64,000 nucleotides of DNA from Raillietiella orientalis. Taxonomy: Eukaryota. The position numbers and the translations under genes are program-made. The stretch is from NCBI GenBank assembly GCA_036172245.1, contig JAYWIR010000030.1, positions 2,480,001-2,544,000 on the forward strand, given 5' to 3'. Within the stretch, counting starts at the first letter, position 1. Every line of letters begins with the position of its first letter. A model generated the notes under the pieces. It made no database searches. It was not told the origin of the DNA and saw nothing but the letters and a program-made list of their open reading frames with translations. Of this stretch, positions 1 to 14,241 are shown one piece after another.

Positions 1-3000
1 GCAGATTCTTGGGATGCATAATTCCGGCAGAATCGTATTGATCAACGAGAACTTTTACGGTAGTTCCAAAGGTTCCACGTAAATACCTCAGTGTCAAAAA
101 GACGCTTTCCGCTACTTAAAAGAACCCTACGCTGCTAAATTAAAAAAAAAAAAATCGGCGAATGCACTGAAAGGCAGGCGTTTCCAGGAGAGAAAAAAAA
201 GACAATCCGGAAAAGACTGATATGGGTATGAATTATGCGGATGCTGTGAATTGATTGCGCACACATGCATACATGGGAATATGTGAAAACAGGCCCGAAA
301 TTGGAAAATGCCTTTGATTTATCCCACTGTTGGATCTCATGCGCGATTGGAAAAGTCATCGCACCGATCTGCGGGACCGGAAAAGTGGAAGCTGCAAAGC
401 ACCATTTTCCTTCGGAAAACAAACAACAACAACAGAACAAAAAAAAAAAAGATGTTGCGAGATCGACAGGGGGAAAAAACTTGCAGCAGAGGAATTTCTT
501 CACAGGAGCTTCCGCGTCTTAGAAACCCACAAATCTTTCGGGACGTCTTCTACATCATGGCCGATCGCATTTCCAAGAATCACTCCCTCGTCTCCGCTAC
601 CAACTTTCAAAACCCTTTATTTGCCTTATCCCAACTCAAAAAGGTTTCGTCCTTGAAACGCAATGTAAAGCAGAGGGCCTCTAAACGGACTCCTGATTTC
701 CTTCCGGTCACAGGACCCTTCCTGCCACGTTCTCTACCTTGAACCCGCAAGTTTTACGCCATTCAATTCACAGCAGTTGATCAGGAGCATCGTTTACATG
801 CAGAGTATGGCGGCCATCGGGCGACCCCCGTTGGCAAGCCCCTGGAAAACTTGAAATAAGAGCACCTGCTCCAGTAGTGCGGTGCAAAGCTGGTCCATGA
901 GTCCCAGAGACATGCGTTTCTTCTTTCCCTGCACTCTTAGAATGACCACAGACCACGAGAAGTGAGAAGTCATTTCCGTAGAATTCCATTTTCCGCAGAC
1001 CAAAAAGAAAGACTCGTGCCTTCTCGCGTTTTACGTCGACATCACGTTATCATCGAATTGGATCCTCACAAGAATCACTGAACTTCAGCTTTGCCACTTT
1101 TGTTTTCGGAGCCAGCATTTTTTATTAGGGACTCTGCGTAGCCGCTGGATCGTCTGGCCACGCCGCCACCGCGGTGTGCAATCAAACAAATCAGTTCGTG
1201 ACACCACGAATGAACAGTTCCACCATCCGGAGATAGCGATGGTAATGATTTTAAATGATTGCTTCCAGCGTTCCGCAACCAAGTAATTTTACTGATGCCT
1301 CGCGGAGAGTTTCGGCATCGTACAAAGCGTGTAATGAATGTTCGACACCGCGAATTAACGAACATGAACTGCAGAGAACAGGAGAGACTATAGATCTCAC
1401 TCGTGAATTCCATCCTCTTCTGGAGCAAAGTAAAGGACCGAAGAGCAAGGAAGCGGCAGCAGGAGTCACAGCAAAATGTATTCCAAGACGGGCTTTCCGA
1501 CCGTAATGGATGCCCTCATTTCATTGTTGAATAAACAAACGGAACAATCCACTGATGTAATTACCTCGTTGGCCTATTTACTGATGTAATCATCATACTA
1601 ATAATGTGATTTCGTTATTGCTTTCCTTCGAGTACAAGGAAGAAGGAAGAAAAGTTCCTTCGCCAGTACTCGTCAGGGGAACCGACGTGAGTCCGAGGCA
1701 TCTTGCGCGTTGCCATGACTCTTTCCATCCATGGAATCTGTAGCAAGCTTGTTCCGGATCGGTTTCCAAACCGCATAGGCGAAAATGCCCACATCCCTCC
1801 CAGCCTCCCGAAAATGATCGTTCCGTCCTGGCACGGCTAATGATTATTCATGAAAATTGAAAGGATGTGTTTGCAAGACCGAGCTGTGCCGAAGTGGCAA
1901 AATAATCAATACAGAATGTGCACTATGTACACCTTTACGAACACCGCATGTAGCTTACAATCTGGAATGGAAGGGAAATTCCACAGGAGGTCGAGACTGC
2001 CTGTGCCACTCGCCGAACACTTTGCTGCCACACGTGGATTCAATTACCGTAATTTAGCGCTCTCGCAGTGGACGGGATTTATGTGCACGGTGCCAAAATA
2101 ATGAAGTTGATTTGTTTTCCCTCCATACAGCTCGTTTTCGTTTCCTTCTTTCCATACTTTGGACGTTGAATTATTTCATGGGAACTTTGGTATCTTTGAC
2201 GAATATGCAGGGGGAGATGTCCTGCGTGCACCGGGCTCTCCCCCCACGTAATGCAGGAGTCTGTCGATGAACAGAATCACTTCCAGTAATTACATAAGCA
2301 TTACTCGTCACGGATTTAGTTGCCTGCCTTGAACGAAAATGAGTGGATGGGAAAAGAGCAGTGCTGTTCACGTCAGTCCCTAAAATTCCAGAAAAAATGC
2401 TGCTCGGACAACCCTCATATGGCAGCTTCTCGCTTTTTGGATGATCTTCTTAGAAACCTGCATTTATGATTCATTTCTTGCTCACGTCTTCCTCTTTAAC
2501 GAGAGCAATGTCGCTAATTGTGGTTGTGCGTAGGTTCACAAGCGGATGTGAGCCTTTTAGGAAGAAGAAGGTACATTTGCTTTTTGTACGCGGTGACTTT
2601 CAGATGTTTCTTATTCTTGGCCGGTGTGGCTAACTTTGTGGATGGCGTGGGATTCGCTTTCACGTTAATGGAACAAGTGTGCAAGCAGGTCTGCATTTTA
2701 ATCCACGAAAAGGTCTGTGAATTTCTAATTTCACTTCACATTGGCGCTTGACGTTTGGTTCATCAATCAATCGATGCCTCCGTCTGTTCGGCTTCAGCAT
2801 CTCATCAAAAATCCAAGAAGGTTGGATTGAAACCTCGACTCCTTTTCCCCTTCAAAAAAAGATGGAGGAACAGTCAGTGTGCACTGAGTAGGCGGTGTCT
2901 TTTCAAAACAAATCTCCTATTCGTCTGGCTGCTATTCCCAAATCGTAATGCCAGTTGGCGAGGCATTTCGATTTGCAAGATGGATTCACTCTTTTTGCCT

Positions 3001-3133
3001 TTGGATTAACAAGTGGGGAGAGGAGAGAGGAATAAAAGAATCCGTATCTTATCAAAGTGAACATTCTGGGCATTTTAATTTTTGTTGATCTTCTCCGATG
3101 ACACCTGCGACTTATTGCGACTCTGGCGATTTT

Positions 3134-3151
3134 TCTTCTTCTTCTTCTTCT
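3134..3151 (+). repeat. (TTC)n microsatellite
   Basis: About 6 TTC units embedded in a T-rich tract. Confidence 0.8.
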
Positions 3152-3562
3152 TTTTCTTGCTCTCTTCCTTACGATCTCGAAATGAATTTTCTCTCATGAT
3201 GCATCATTGCGCTCCAGGGTCGCTGGTGCTTGCCCGGCACGGAAATTTGCAAGAAGCTCTTTCGACCGTACCGTTGAGGGCGGTTTGCACGCGGGGGCTC
3301 CATGCACCCGGGGAATGGCGTGAACGCGGAGCAAATGCCAAGGTGCAGCTGCTGTTGAACAGCCTTGGCTGGTCGGAGGCAACTTCCCGTTGAGATTCGC
3401 TGATCAACGCAGCGCACACACCTCAGTGACATTTGGCTCCTGACCATATCCGTGTGAGGTAAGTGCCCAAAGGGGAGAGAGAAACCGTGCGGAAAGTTTC
3501 GCAGCTCACGGAGCCTTCCACGGACGCAGAACAGCATCGTGCAGTGCAGCATCCCGGCGGCA

Positions 3563-3590
3563 ACACACACACACACACAACACACACACA
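3563..3590 (+). repeat. (CA)n microsatellite, interrupted
   Basis: acacacacacacacacaacacacacaca. Confidence 0.9.
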
Positions 3591-5612
3591 CGCAAGCACG
3601 CACGCTTCCAATGAAAATCGAGCAGTTTTCCAGTTTTTTTGTTTTTTTTTCCCCTGGAAGTTTACGTGGGATCGCCTAACTTTGCCAAAAGATTCTGGGT
3701 GGAATCTCTCGATGCGACAGAGTAGGCAACGGCGTTTTTTCGATCGTTTTAACCGCTCTGCATGACGTCTCCTTTATTTATATTACTCATTCCTTCTGCA
3801 AGTTGCGAGAAAGATGAAATCCCGCTAATGAACAGAAATCGCAGAGAGGCACAAAAAAGAATTTCGTTTCGTTGCTTCCATGTGAGATCGATAATATTTA
3901 AACGCGCAGCGTGACTGCGAAGCCGAAGAGCCTTTTGCTCCGAGATACAGAAGAACATGAAATAATCTCATTCTCATTTCAAATGAATTCAGATCTTTGA
4001 TTACTTATGGAAATGGCGTTTGCTTTTTCGCTGGGGAGTCTGTTATTGCCTTATTATAATGTTGCCGAGGCAATTTATGTCGATCTTTGTTTTGCTGGAG
4101 AATAAATAACCAGTAGCTATCAGCACATTCTCAGATGTTGCTTCGAGGTCTGTGATCTTAAGCACAATTTCAGGCGTACAATGCTCGGAGACGATGGATG
4201 GCAGAGGAATTTCGGTCGGATCGCACGAGAAAGGCTGCTAACTCGATGCGCTGGTTGATCCGCTGAATGCCACTCCAGGCCCACGCTTTTCCGGGAAGAT
4301 GGTTTGCTGCCACGCACCAGCCAGCTCTCCTCCCGGAACTCGTCGAGTGGGGCTCAACAAGACACAGAAAGGCATATCATAGAAAGTATGATCCAGACTT
4401 TTAAGGAGTATGTGTCTTGAGGAAAATGAATTAACGTGGTCCAGGAGAGAAAACGCAAAAACAAGGATCAGAATGTACCCAACCTCGTCATTGCCAAACC
4501 AGAAACCTTTGCTGCCTCCGAGATAAAGCGAAGTTGCCGTGGGCACTTGTTGCCTCTGAATCTCCAGCACCGTATTTCCGAGCTTCAAATCAACTGCTCA
4601 ACTTCTTGCGTTTCTGGTTTCCCATTTTTAAGCTCACTCGCCCTCAAACTTATTAGGGGTCCATGCGAATCGATAGATAACGTTCCTTTGTGGAGGTCTT
4701 CGACACGTAGCCTTTGATGAGTTTTCCGAGCTCTCCGTACATTTCCTTGCAGAGGAAACCAAGAGAAACTTGTTCGGAACTCTCATTGTCTTATTCAGTA
4801 CGATAAAGGTCACAGGGTCTGTTTTCTTTTTAAGTCTGCAAACTTCTATTAAAGGAATTCCCCATGAATTCGTCAAGGTCTTCTTCAACAAACGACAGAG
4901 AATTTGAAGATGAGATTTTCAGTCTGAGAGATTCGTCTTAAAATCAAATGGATCTTTTCTTGCTATTTCTTTCGTCTCCTGTGCCACCTTTCATTCATCT
5001 CATTTGTTTGTCTGCCTGTTCTCGACTGAACAAGAGAATTTTTCCTTGGTTTTATCTTTAACAAATGCTGCTTGGCTGATTTGAAACCTAGAACGCACTG
5101 CAGGCAAGGAGAAGAAGGTGAAGAAATGAAGAAAAAAAAAAAAAACACTGTGGAAGATTTGAGAATTTTAGGGCAGAAACTTTTAATTTGAAAAACGCTG
5201 CTTTTTCTCATCTCAAGTACCAAAGGGAAGGGAAAGCATTGCTAAATAAAATGAGCAGTAGAAAAAGGTAAAGTATTGTAAGTGTGCTTGAGGGTCTTTG
5301 GGATCACATCACGAAAATCAGCCTGGATGCTCAGTTGCAGTCACAAAGCCTGGCGACAAGAAAGAAAGGATCACATCTTTCGATTCATGATCTGAAAAAC
5401 AAAGCGGAAATTACGTAACTTAGTCTTGAGCAATGAAACTTCAGTTTCAAAGAGTCTTGTGTAAGCTTTCTCTTGACTTTTGCATGCTGTTATATTTCTA
5501 GAAGCTTGTGTGCTTTTCGAAGCACCACTTTGAGGGATCACCACCAGCAGCAAACTCTGTGCGTGTTTCTTCTTCCGCTACTTCATTTGGATTTGGAGGG
5601 CTAATTCGAATC

Positions 5613-5666
5613 ATAGAAGATACGTTGAGGCCATAAGTGGACGTATGGCCTCAACGTGTCTTCTAT
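5613..5666. other. near-perfect 23-bp inverted repeat (pre-miRNA-like hairpin)
   Basis: atagaagatacgttgaggccata / 8-nt loop / tatggcctcaacgtgtcttctat; 22 Watson-Crick pairs plus one U-G on the + strand. Confidence 0.7.
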
Positions 5667-8600
5667 TGCACGGAGAGGTGATTATTGATAAGACCCAAAT
5701 TGAAGTCAGTCATTCGTCCAGCTGCTGTGAGCCGAAGAAAGTGGATTGGGATGCTGCCCGCGATTTGATGACCTTCACTGTTCTCGTTTCAAATTCTTTT
5801 CCCGAGTATAAGAACGGCCGATGGTCATACCATCCAAGCTGACAGATGGAAATTCTTCGCCTCGGACCCATCGAAAACTCGTCAAGAGAATTTCCACATT
5901 TAGAGCCAACACGAAAACAGCGATTCGTGGTTCACAGGACCTAAAACAATCTTCACACGTAGCTCCACCATCGCAGGTTTGTGGATGGAATCCTCTTTGG
6001 CAGAATGGCCTCTTTTTCCTCTCTCTCTCTCGCTCTCTCTCGTGCTTTAATCTTGATCTTTCCTTGGAGTCCCCGTCTGTCGATTTTTATTATACGACTT
6101 TGAGCTTCAAGAAAACTTATGGAACCTTTTGCTGAAGACTTCCTGCGTGTGCGTATCAACTGGATCTATTCTAAAGTGGCGCATAAAAAAATGCAAATTA
6201 CGCAAAACCTCTCTAAAAATCATCCCTCTCCATAAAATCAAGAGATGATGAGAGGCGTAAGCTGAAAATTGAGTCGTTGGATACGATGCATTTGTCTTTT
6301 ATATTGATCTGTGTAGGCTCTTGTGAATAACTGCCTCTGACAAGTTGTCGAATGTTTCTCCGGATGCATGGATTTCTGCAAGCTCCCAGAGGCATGTGTG
6401 GCCACGTATGTAGCTAATGCTATGAATGCATCTAAATACAGCTTCCAGTGCGCCCAAAGTGCCTTGGATGCTCTAAGCACTTCTGCTGAGATGCTGACTG
6501 AGATGTGACAAACGTGGAACCGGTTAAGTATGCAATTCTTTTGTCTTCATTTGTGTGCTTCGCATTTATACAAACCAGACAAAATGGTCCTTTGAGCTGA
6601 TTTTTTTTTCTTTCTTTCTGTCCAATACTGAATCATCCTTTTCTGATGCTTTGTGCATTTCTTAGGAAATCGTTCGACCTTTGACTGTACCATTTTTACA
6701 ATGTAAACAATCAGAACTGTTTCGAACAAGCAAAACGAAACAACAAATACTCGAATCTCTCATGGATATCTCGCAGCGACCAGATTCACGGCTCCTGTTT
6801 TCTGGTCCGCTCCGACAGGCAGTGGTGGCTTCTGTCGAAGCGCTTTTCCAGTGGCTAATGCTGCCCTGTTGCTACTCCACCTTTGCAGAGAGTGCTGAAG
6901 ACGCTCGAAGCCATCGGAAATACGAAATGAGTTCACCCGGTTCGCTTAAGCGCTGTTCCTGCTTCCTGCTTGTCTCGACAACCGACCTCCGTCAGAATGG
7001 GATCTATAATCTGTTTGGGGCTTCCAAATGACTTCTTTTTTTCTTTTCTTTTTTTCTACTGCTCTTCCTTCCTTCATTTTCTGTTTCTCCCTGCGTGTCA
7101 ATTAAGAAGAGGGGGCGCCTTAAGGAAGCCTTCAACCTAAGCGGGGCGTTCTGTCTGTCGCCTTTCTCGAATCGCTAACCTCTTTTGTATTCCCACTAAC
7201 TGGATTTATTAACTTTGAGATTTTCTTCTTGTTCTCGATCCATGGATATATCTTCAACTACAGTCTTAATTAGTTAAATTGCTTCAAATCCATAATCGGG
7301 AACCTTCCGTGATGAATGCAAGCGTAGCATTTACAAACACGAATATTAAAAAACAAATCCTTGCAAGCAGTCTTCCTAAGTGAGGGAAGCAATCTTGCAG
7401 AACCGTCCTCCCAAAGTGCTTACGTAATTAATTCAGACGACTACACCATCGCCTGGACTATTGTTCCTGGAATCGCACGAAGAAATCGCTGCAGCATTAC
7501 AAACACTCGTATCTTCGCTCACGTTTCCAAGAACGTAGTCGGACTTCGTGGTGCCAACTCGGGAATCTTTTTCAAGGAACTCGGACCATGGTAACCGGAG
7601 CGCATGCCAGAATCGATACGCAGCCATGCAGCAGTGAAGGCAGAATTTGGGGTCGGACAATCGCGCCTATTGCGGCCTACACAATGCAACCCGTAACCTC
7701 ACACCTAGGTGGACTCGAAGCAGACCCTAGGCCAGGCACCAAGCAACCAGACCACCACGATGATCTGCGGTACCCTCAGCTAGCCCGGAGGCTGTGTTGA
7801 TGTGCTGCACCAACGGGAACGGAGCGGGTCGATTGATCATGTCAGAGACGAGAAGGTACGGAGAAGTGAGGACAAGCAGTCTATCGAGCTGATGCATTCT
7901 TGAGCAGATTCGCTTTGTTCCTTCCTCCGCTGCTGACGTCCCGTGTGAACTCTCCCTTGCCACCACACGTCGTTTCGGGGCTGCCAACGATTTCTTATGT
8001 ATTTTGCCCAAGAACGAGCTTGACGCGGAAGCCACAAGCTGTTCCCTGAACAATGGCTGGAAAGACGATTTCTTGTTCTCTGTTCTGCCACTCTTTCAAC
8101 CCAAAGATGGGTGCCGTCCGATTTGATTTCGTAACACGGCCGGCCCTCTGTATAAAGGGAAAAGCAACTCGAGCACCAGTTCAGAGCTCTCTACATGAGC
8201 ACCAGCTTTATGCAAAATCTTCCAAGGGGAAATAAAACAAAAAGACCAAAAGCGCCTTGGAAGAGTTTTTAAGTCGGTGGCAGCAACGAAGCTGCTGCTT
8301 CCTGGGAATCGGATTCTGTATGACATGTGAGACTCTCAAAGAATAAACGCGATATAAAACCGCGTTTTCAAGGACCACCGATATTTTGCTTGGAAATGTT
8401 AAAGGAGAAAACTAAAACTGATGATGCTCTAAGGTTTCCAAGGCGTTCTGTGATGAGAAGTCGTGACTAGACGAGCTGCATGCTTCTGGCCTTCAGTGCA
8501 GTCAAATGAATCCATTGCGACACGGCCTAACTAAAGTAAAGCGTTTGTATGTTTGTCTTTTCCCACTCCGCTGCAAAGAAACACCTCGAAACTCTCCCAC

Positions 8601-11600
8601 GAAAGATTCGGAAGAAGAATGTTTTTCGAAAGCTTCGTTACATTACAACGTTCTTGCGAACACGTCTGCTTCCGGAATTGCTTCTTCTATGTTTTGTTGA
8701 AAAGATAGTCAAGAAATGCAAAAGACAAACCAAACTGCATTAAAACGAAACTTGTTGCCTCTCGCTATGGGATCCATCAATTACCATGACATAGAAGAAT
8801 CTAGGCACCATGGCGGCATCCGTTCTGGCTGCAGCTCTGCAGAGGAGATCTGTTGCAATTTTTTTTGAACAAAGTCGCTACACATTATTACGACTTTTTC
8901 CTTCATGGCCAAGTTAGATGGTTCAGAAAATGATTCATACCCCGGATGGAGAACGAGAGTTGTTGCCACATGAAAAGTTTTTCTCCTTGAAAGAAGATTA
9001 TGCTTTTTTCCTTCGAAACTAATGGCTTGGAAAATTTGTATTTTGAACAAATACATAAATGAGATCGAATGGAGTTAGGTCAAAGGTAGCAAGAAGAAAC
9101 CCGTAGCAGACACGATTTCTTTCAAATGAAACTTTAAAGCGTGCTGCCTTCGGATTACGTATCGGTCCCCTTATGCACAGATTTAGAGCCATTTGGTTTT
9201 GCTTTTCCAGTTTGCAGAGTGGTTGCTACAGAAACTATTCTGCAAGCTCAAAACTGTGCAGGATTCCAATTTACAAACCCCTGATTACAGACCATTTGCG
9301 AACGTCTTAACAGAAATTTTGGCTCAATTCCAAGACAGATTTATTGTCCTCAATGGACTTCATCCGGTACCTTCTGTGTGTTAGAGTTCTCGTTTGCCGA
9401 ATTGGACATAGAAAACTTGGCTAGAGATCATTTGGAACGGACTTGGTTCATTTGGAACTCCAGTTTATTGATTTGCAAACATGCTGCACTGAAAGAGCAG
9501 ACAGAATTTCACCCATTACAGGCCGATTTCCAGCATGAGAATCTGCGTGAAATATTTGGGAAAAGTTCACACCACCTGTTTGAATCAGCTTTATCCCACA
9601 TGAATTCTTTTACATCTAAATGCGATGTAAAGAGTTGCAATAGTACACATCTGCTCCTGATGACTATGAGGATTTGCTCCGTTCCTTAGAAATAGCTGGC
9701 GGCGCTCGGTGTCAAGCATCCACCAAATTCTATAGGTGATCGAATGGTTTTTCTTGCTTTTATCTTTAACCTGAAAGAAAACGGCGAAAGTCGGTCGCTA
9801 CGCAAGGATGCACACCTCTCAAAATTTACTTTCGTAAAGGTCGGGCCTTCAAGAGCGACCTAGAGTTTTTCTACTTTCAATTATTCCATCTTTGTTGTTT
9901 ATTTTGGATTTGTGAAAACTGCTTGAACGTAGCTAAGCAGCTAAGCTCAGGCAGTTTCAATAAGAGAGGAATTAGAGGTTGAGATTGTCAAGATCAAGTG
10001 CATTTATTTTGCAGATCCGTTTCTTCTGGCAGCTGCTTGTTCAAAGCTCCCGCGGGCCATGAGAATCATTTCAAACTCAAGGTGCGGTAGCTTCTCTCGT
10101 TTTGTGCGCAGGCTTTTCTCCTTATTAAAATGGTCCGCCTATGATTTTGATGCTGAATTTCTGCTGTCAGGCGACCTGGTTAAGCTCGAAAATCACCGCT
10201 TCTCACATCCTTGTAAAACCTCTCACAGGACGTTCTGTTGTAGTACCAGAAGAAATGAGTTTTATTCAAAAATAAACCATACAGAACAAGTAATTGAAAT
10301 TAGAAAAGCTCTACGTCGCTCTAGAACGCCCGAAATTTAAAAATCATTCAACAACTTCATGCTTATGTTATTTTTCAGTTAAGACTCCAACAGTTCTAAC
10401 ACTTTGAGATTGCAAAGAAACTCATCAAAGTTTGCAGTCTCATCCTGCTAGATCGAAAACTCTATAGGTGGGATTACCTACTGAAGAAACTGATTGTATC
10501 AAATGTAACCACAGAAAGCAAGGTCACTGGAAAGCTCGTTTCTGAAATTCTAGGCCAATTCTAAAAGATACTAAGACCCCAACGGAGTAGTGAATGCAGC
10601 ATCGCAAAACTCACAGCACAATTCTTCAATCATGCCTTCTCACCAACGATGACGAGACTTCGTTCTACCTCTTCTCTTGAGTTCAAAAGTCTCTCTCGGG
10701 TCTCTTCTTCTCTCGAGTCCTTCTCCTCATGCCGGGGTCAGCAGGGGGAGAAGCAAGAGAAAATGAAAACAGTTTCACAGCAAATTGCAGAGCAATTTAA
10801 CACAGATTTGAATTTCAATGAAAGAATCGGTAACCCATCTCGATACATCAGCACATTCGCGACTCGAAAGATGCTGCAGGCAAAACAAACGATACGTACA
10901 ACTAGAACTAATGGCTGCATACAGTCACATAAACTGAAACCTCTGTACCAATCAACGACTTTACATGGGATCTTTGCATGCTTTTTGCTTACTGCATTTC
11001 AGTTGGATTCAACGTATGTGATAGAAGTTTCATGACGCCTGGCTTGCTTTGATTAGGAAATATGCGCGTTCGGAAAATGATTCCATTGCAAAACACTTAA
11101 AGATTCCCCTGGAAACTGACAACACCTTCATCTTTACAGGAATGAAATAGACTACTAATGTGTAGACTAACAACGAATGAGAACTGATCAAAACGAGACT
11201 TGACTGTGACATTCTTTTTTGATTTCCTTTACTCATTTCAAAATGTGATGATTACTGCGACACAAAAATACTGTGGTGTCCAACCTATCGTTTTCATTTA
11301 CCACCAAACATTTAGAAATGTAGTACGACCAAGTTAGTCGATCAAGGGAGCATTTATCCACAGAAGTTCGTTTGATCGTGCATTTCAGTCATATCCTAAA
11401 TTTGAGTACGACTCAATCCTGTGAGCACATAAATAGAGATACGTACACTTTTGCACGAAAGGGTCACGCATTAACCTTTTCTTGGCCAACACACGGACCT
11501 CACCTGAACCTCCATCCTCTCAGTCATCTCCCTCCAGTCCTTCTCCCCATCTTGCCACCTTCCATAAAACAAATTGCTGTCGCACCTTCACGATCAAACC

Positions 11601-12888
11601 CAGTCCTGTAATCACGATCGTACACACAGGAAATTCAAAAATCTACGAATCTACGACTCATTTATAACTCCATACATTTTTTTTTAAAAAAAAAAAATTA
11701 ACTGAGCTATAGCTTGATTGTAAATAATCCCGTAAAAGAAATTTTATGGTATTATTTACAAGCTGGAAATGGCCCTGTGAAAATGGCAACTGATTTCCTC
11801 CCAAAATGCTTTGTGGAAGTGACCACTAAAAAGTTTTACACGTGGATTCATTTATGCTCACAGAATGCTCTGCCGTTTCCATGTAAATATATTCGAATGT
11901 ACCAACTATGAACACACCAGGAATAACAAATAAGAAAAACAAGGCTTTACATACGAAACAACCGACTTGCATATCGATAAATGTGGATTTCTGTCTGAGG
12001 ATACGCGAAAATGGCACATACAAATAAAAAAAAACTACCTTAGATGTTGAAAATCAATAGCTTTTTAAAAGAGATCATTGGTTTGATTCATGCCTCTCAA
12101 AATCGGATTAAGGTTGCAAGCCTACTTAAGATTCCAGAAGCTTACTACAAAACCTTATCACAGCATCTGCTTAACAACTGCATACATATACTTTTATACT
12201 GATTCACATCCATTTCAAATATAAAATTCTGTTCATTACCCAGAACTTCTTTCTCAGTCTGGGTAATTCTGAAATCCCAGTTATTCATCCATTTTCGTTT
12301 TTGCGCAAAAATCCATACTTGTTTACTTAAAATACCAACTTGAAAAATAAATTAATAAATGACGTGAATCTTTTTACACACTTCAGATCGTTATAAACTT
12401 CGTTACATGGTTTAAATACATTTGGAATCAAACTCTTATGAAATGCTGAAACAACAGTAACAAACTTATGCATCATAAAGAAAGAAATGAATTAACTTCT
12501 CAATTGGTTGCAAAAAATGCATAATAAAATTCATTGTTAATAAATGATCTGTCCAACAAAATCTTATAACCCATAGAATCAAAACAAGATCATTCAACAC
12601 TTGGATGTATACACTAAGTAACCAAGTTTTCCATTATGTGCATCTTGAATAGAATGTGTGTTCACTTTACTTCTTGGTAGCTAAATGTTTCATAAATCAC
12701 ATAACAATATGAATGTAATGATATTTGCATATTTATTTATGTGAGACACATGAGGCAGTTATCGCATGTGACCCACATTCAACATTTGAGGAATGTTGTC
12801 ACCATCTCCCAATTAAATCTGATGTAAAGTTATAGGAAAGCAATTTCAATGTGCGGTCTTAATGTCTCAAGTTTCAAACCATGAAGTC

Positions 12889-14241
12889 TCATGTGGAATC
12901 CACAGTCCTTGCTGGATTCTAAAGAGCCATCATAGAAATACTAGTGTTCTTTCTTACCAGCTGCTGGGCCCTCTGCACAATCAGCCCCCAGGCAAAATGA
13001 TTGATCTTAAGCAGAAACAAAAGTAATAACTGGAAAGAAAAAATGGCCTTACCAGCATTTGCTTGGGAAGACATACAGCTTGGAATCTGTATAACTTCCC
13101 TCCTTTGTACTCGATTGGATGCACCTACAAACATATGTACTCATGCTTGTCCCAAAGGCTACAAAATACTCACTGCTGCAACATAACAACGACCAAAATA
13201 CTGTGTGTTTGCAATCATAGGTCCATGACTAATATCCACAAAATCACCCACACAATATACAGGTACAAGTGATCCTATCAAAAATAACAAAAGGCAAACA
13301 AAGCTATGCTAACCTCCTGCAACAATACGGGGGATCTGATTGAGTTTAAAGGGATTATGCTGAAACATATCTTCAGCAACTCTCTGGCTGACATCTAATC
13401 TTTCCAGAGATAACTCCTGATATGAAAGTTTCACCATCTGGGCACTCAGAACTCTAAGTTCTGCCTATAAAACTGGATAAAAAATAAGCATTCTCCTCCC
13501 ACATACTTCTAAAGGATCCCAAGTGCCCCAGTTAAGTGCCACATCATATACAAAACTGCCACTACGTACTGAATGAAAAGTTAATAGGGAGACAATTTCA
13601 ATAACTCACCATTTGGAGCAGGAAAGCTGTGCAACTGAACTTGGCATTCTTCTTGAAATGCAGACTCTATAACAAATCCCAATAATAGGCTTCCTGTTCT
13701 CCAAAAAGCATTGTTCACTTGATGAGGTTTAGGGTCATAGAAATCCAAAAATCGTACAGTGCAATCCTTATGTAGAGGTCTATGAACATCCCAAACTTGA
13801 CCATCAACTTCTGCTAGCACTGCTTTCTTCATGAGCAGTTCTGATATATCTGCAAAGCATTCCTATTGACCAGATTTAATTTTACACACGCTGTGCACAG
13901 TTATATGGTGTTGATAAATGCTTATTCATCATTAATGTCTCATTTTGGGGAACACCTTCATATTTGACTTCTATTTTTTCCACACGTGGAATAAGTTCTT
14001 GCTGACGTTTTTTTTCCTTCTCAAATACTTCCTTACGATGTGCACGTGCTTCTGATGTAGTTACAGAAGAATCCTGCAATCCAACACCCAAAGAAGTAAG
14101 TGAGGATGCTGAAAGTGGTATAAGTTTCAAGGTGCATTGGTGATTAGTATTCCAATTGTTCTCACCTGAAGGAAGTGGCAGATTTGTGAAATAATCACGA
14201 ATAAATTGTTTTCCATTGTGTAAGAGCGCTTGAAGTTTCAT
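12889..14241 (-). CDS. MRPL39: 39S mitochondrial ribosomal protein L39 (ThrRS TGS/editing-like)
   Basis: Exons 14241-14166, 14108-13890, 13849-13610, 13568-13507, 13464-13314, 13274-13174, 13124-13053, 13005-12958, 12918-12889 with GT-AG introns in consistent phase. Motifs: FEKEKKRQQELIPRVEKIEV, MNKHLSTPYNCAQH, WDVHRPL, VNNAFWRTGS, VRSGSFVYDV, GDFVDISHGPMI, RFQAVCLP. The true start/first exon is less certain. Confidence 0.9.

Noticed and set aside
8464..8485. miR-279-family seed word TGACTAGA
   Set aside because: No complementary arm nearby to form a precursor.
135..11667. Numerous 60-140 aa ORFs in the first 11.7 kb
   Set aside because: No recognisable domains, many run through homopolymers or microsatellites, and no consistent exon chain could be built.
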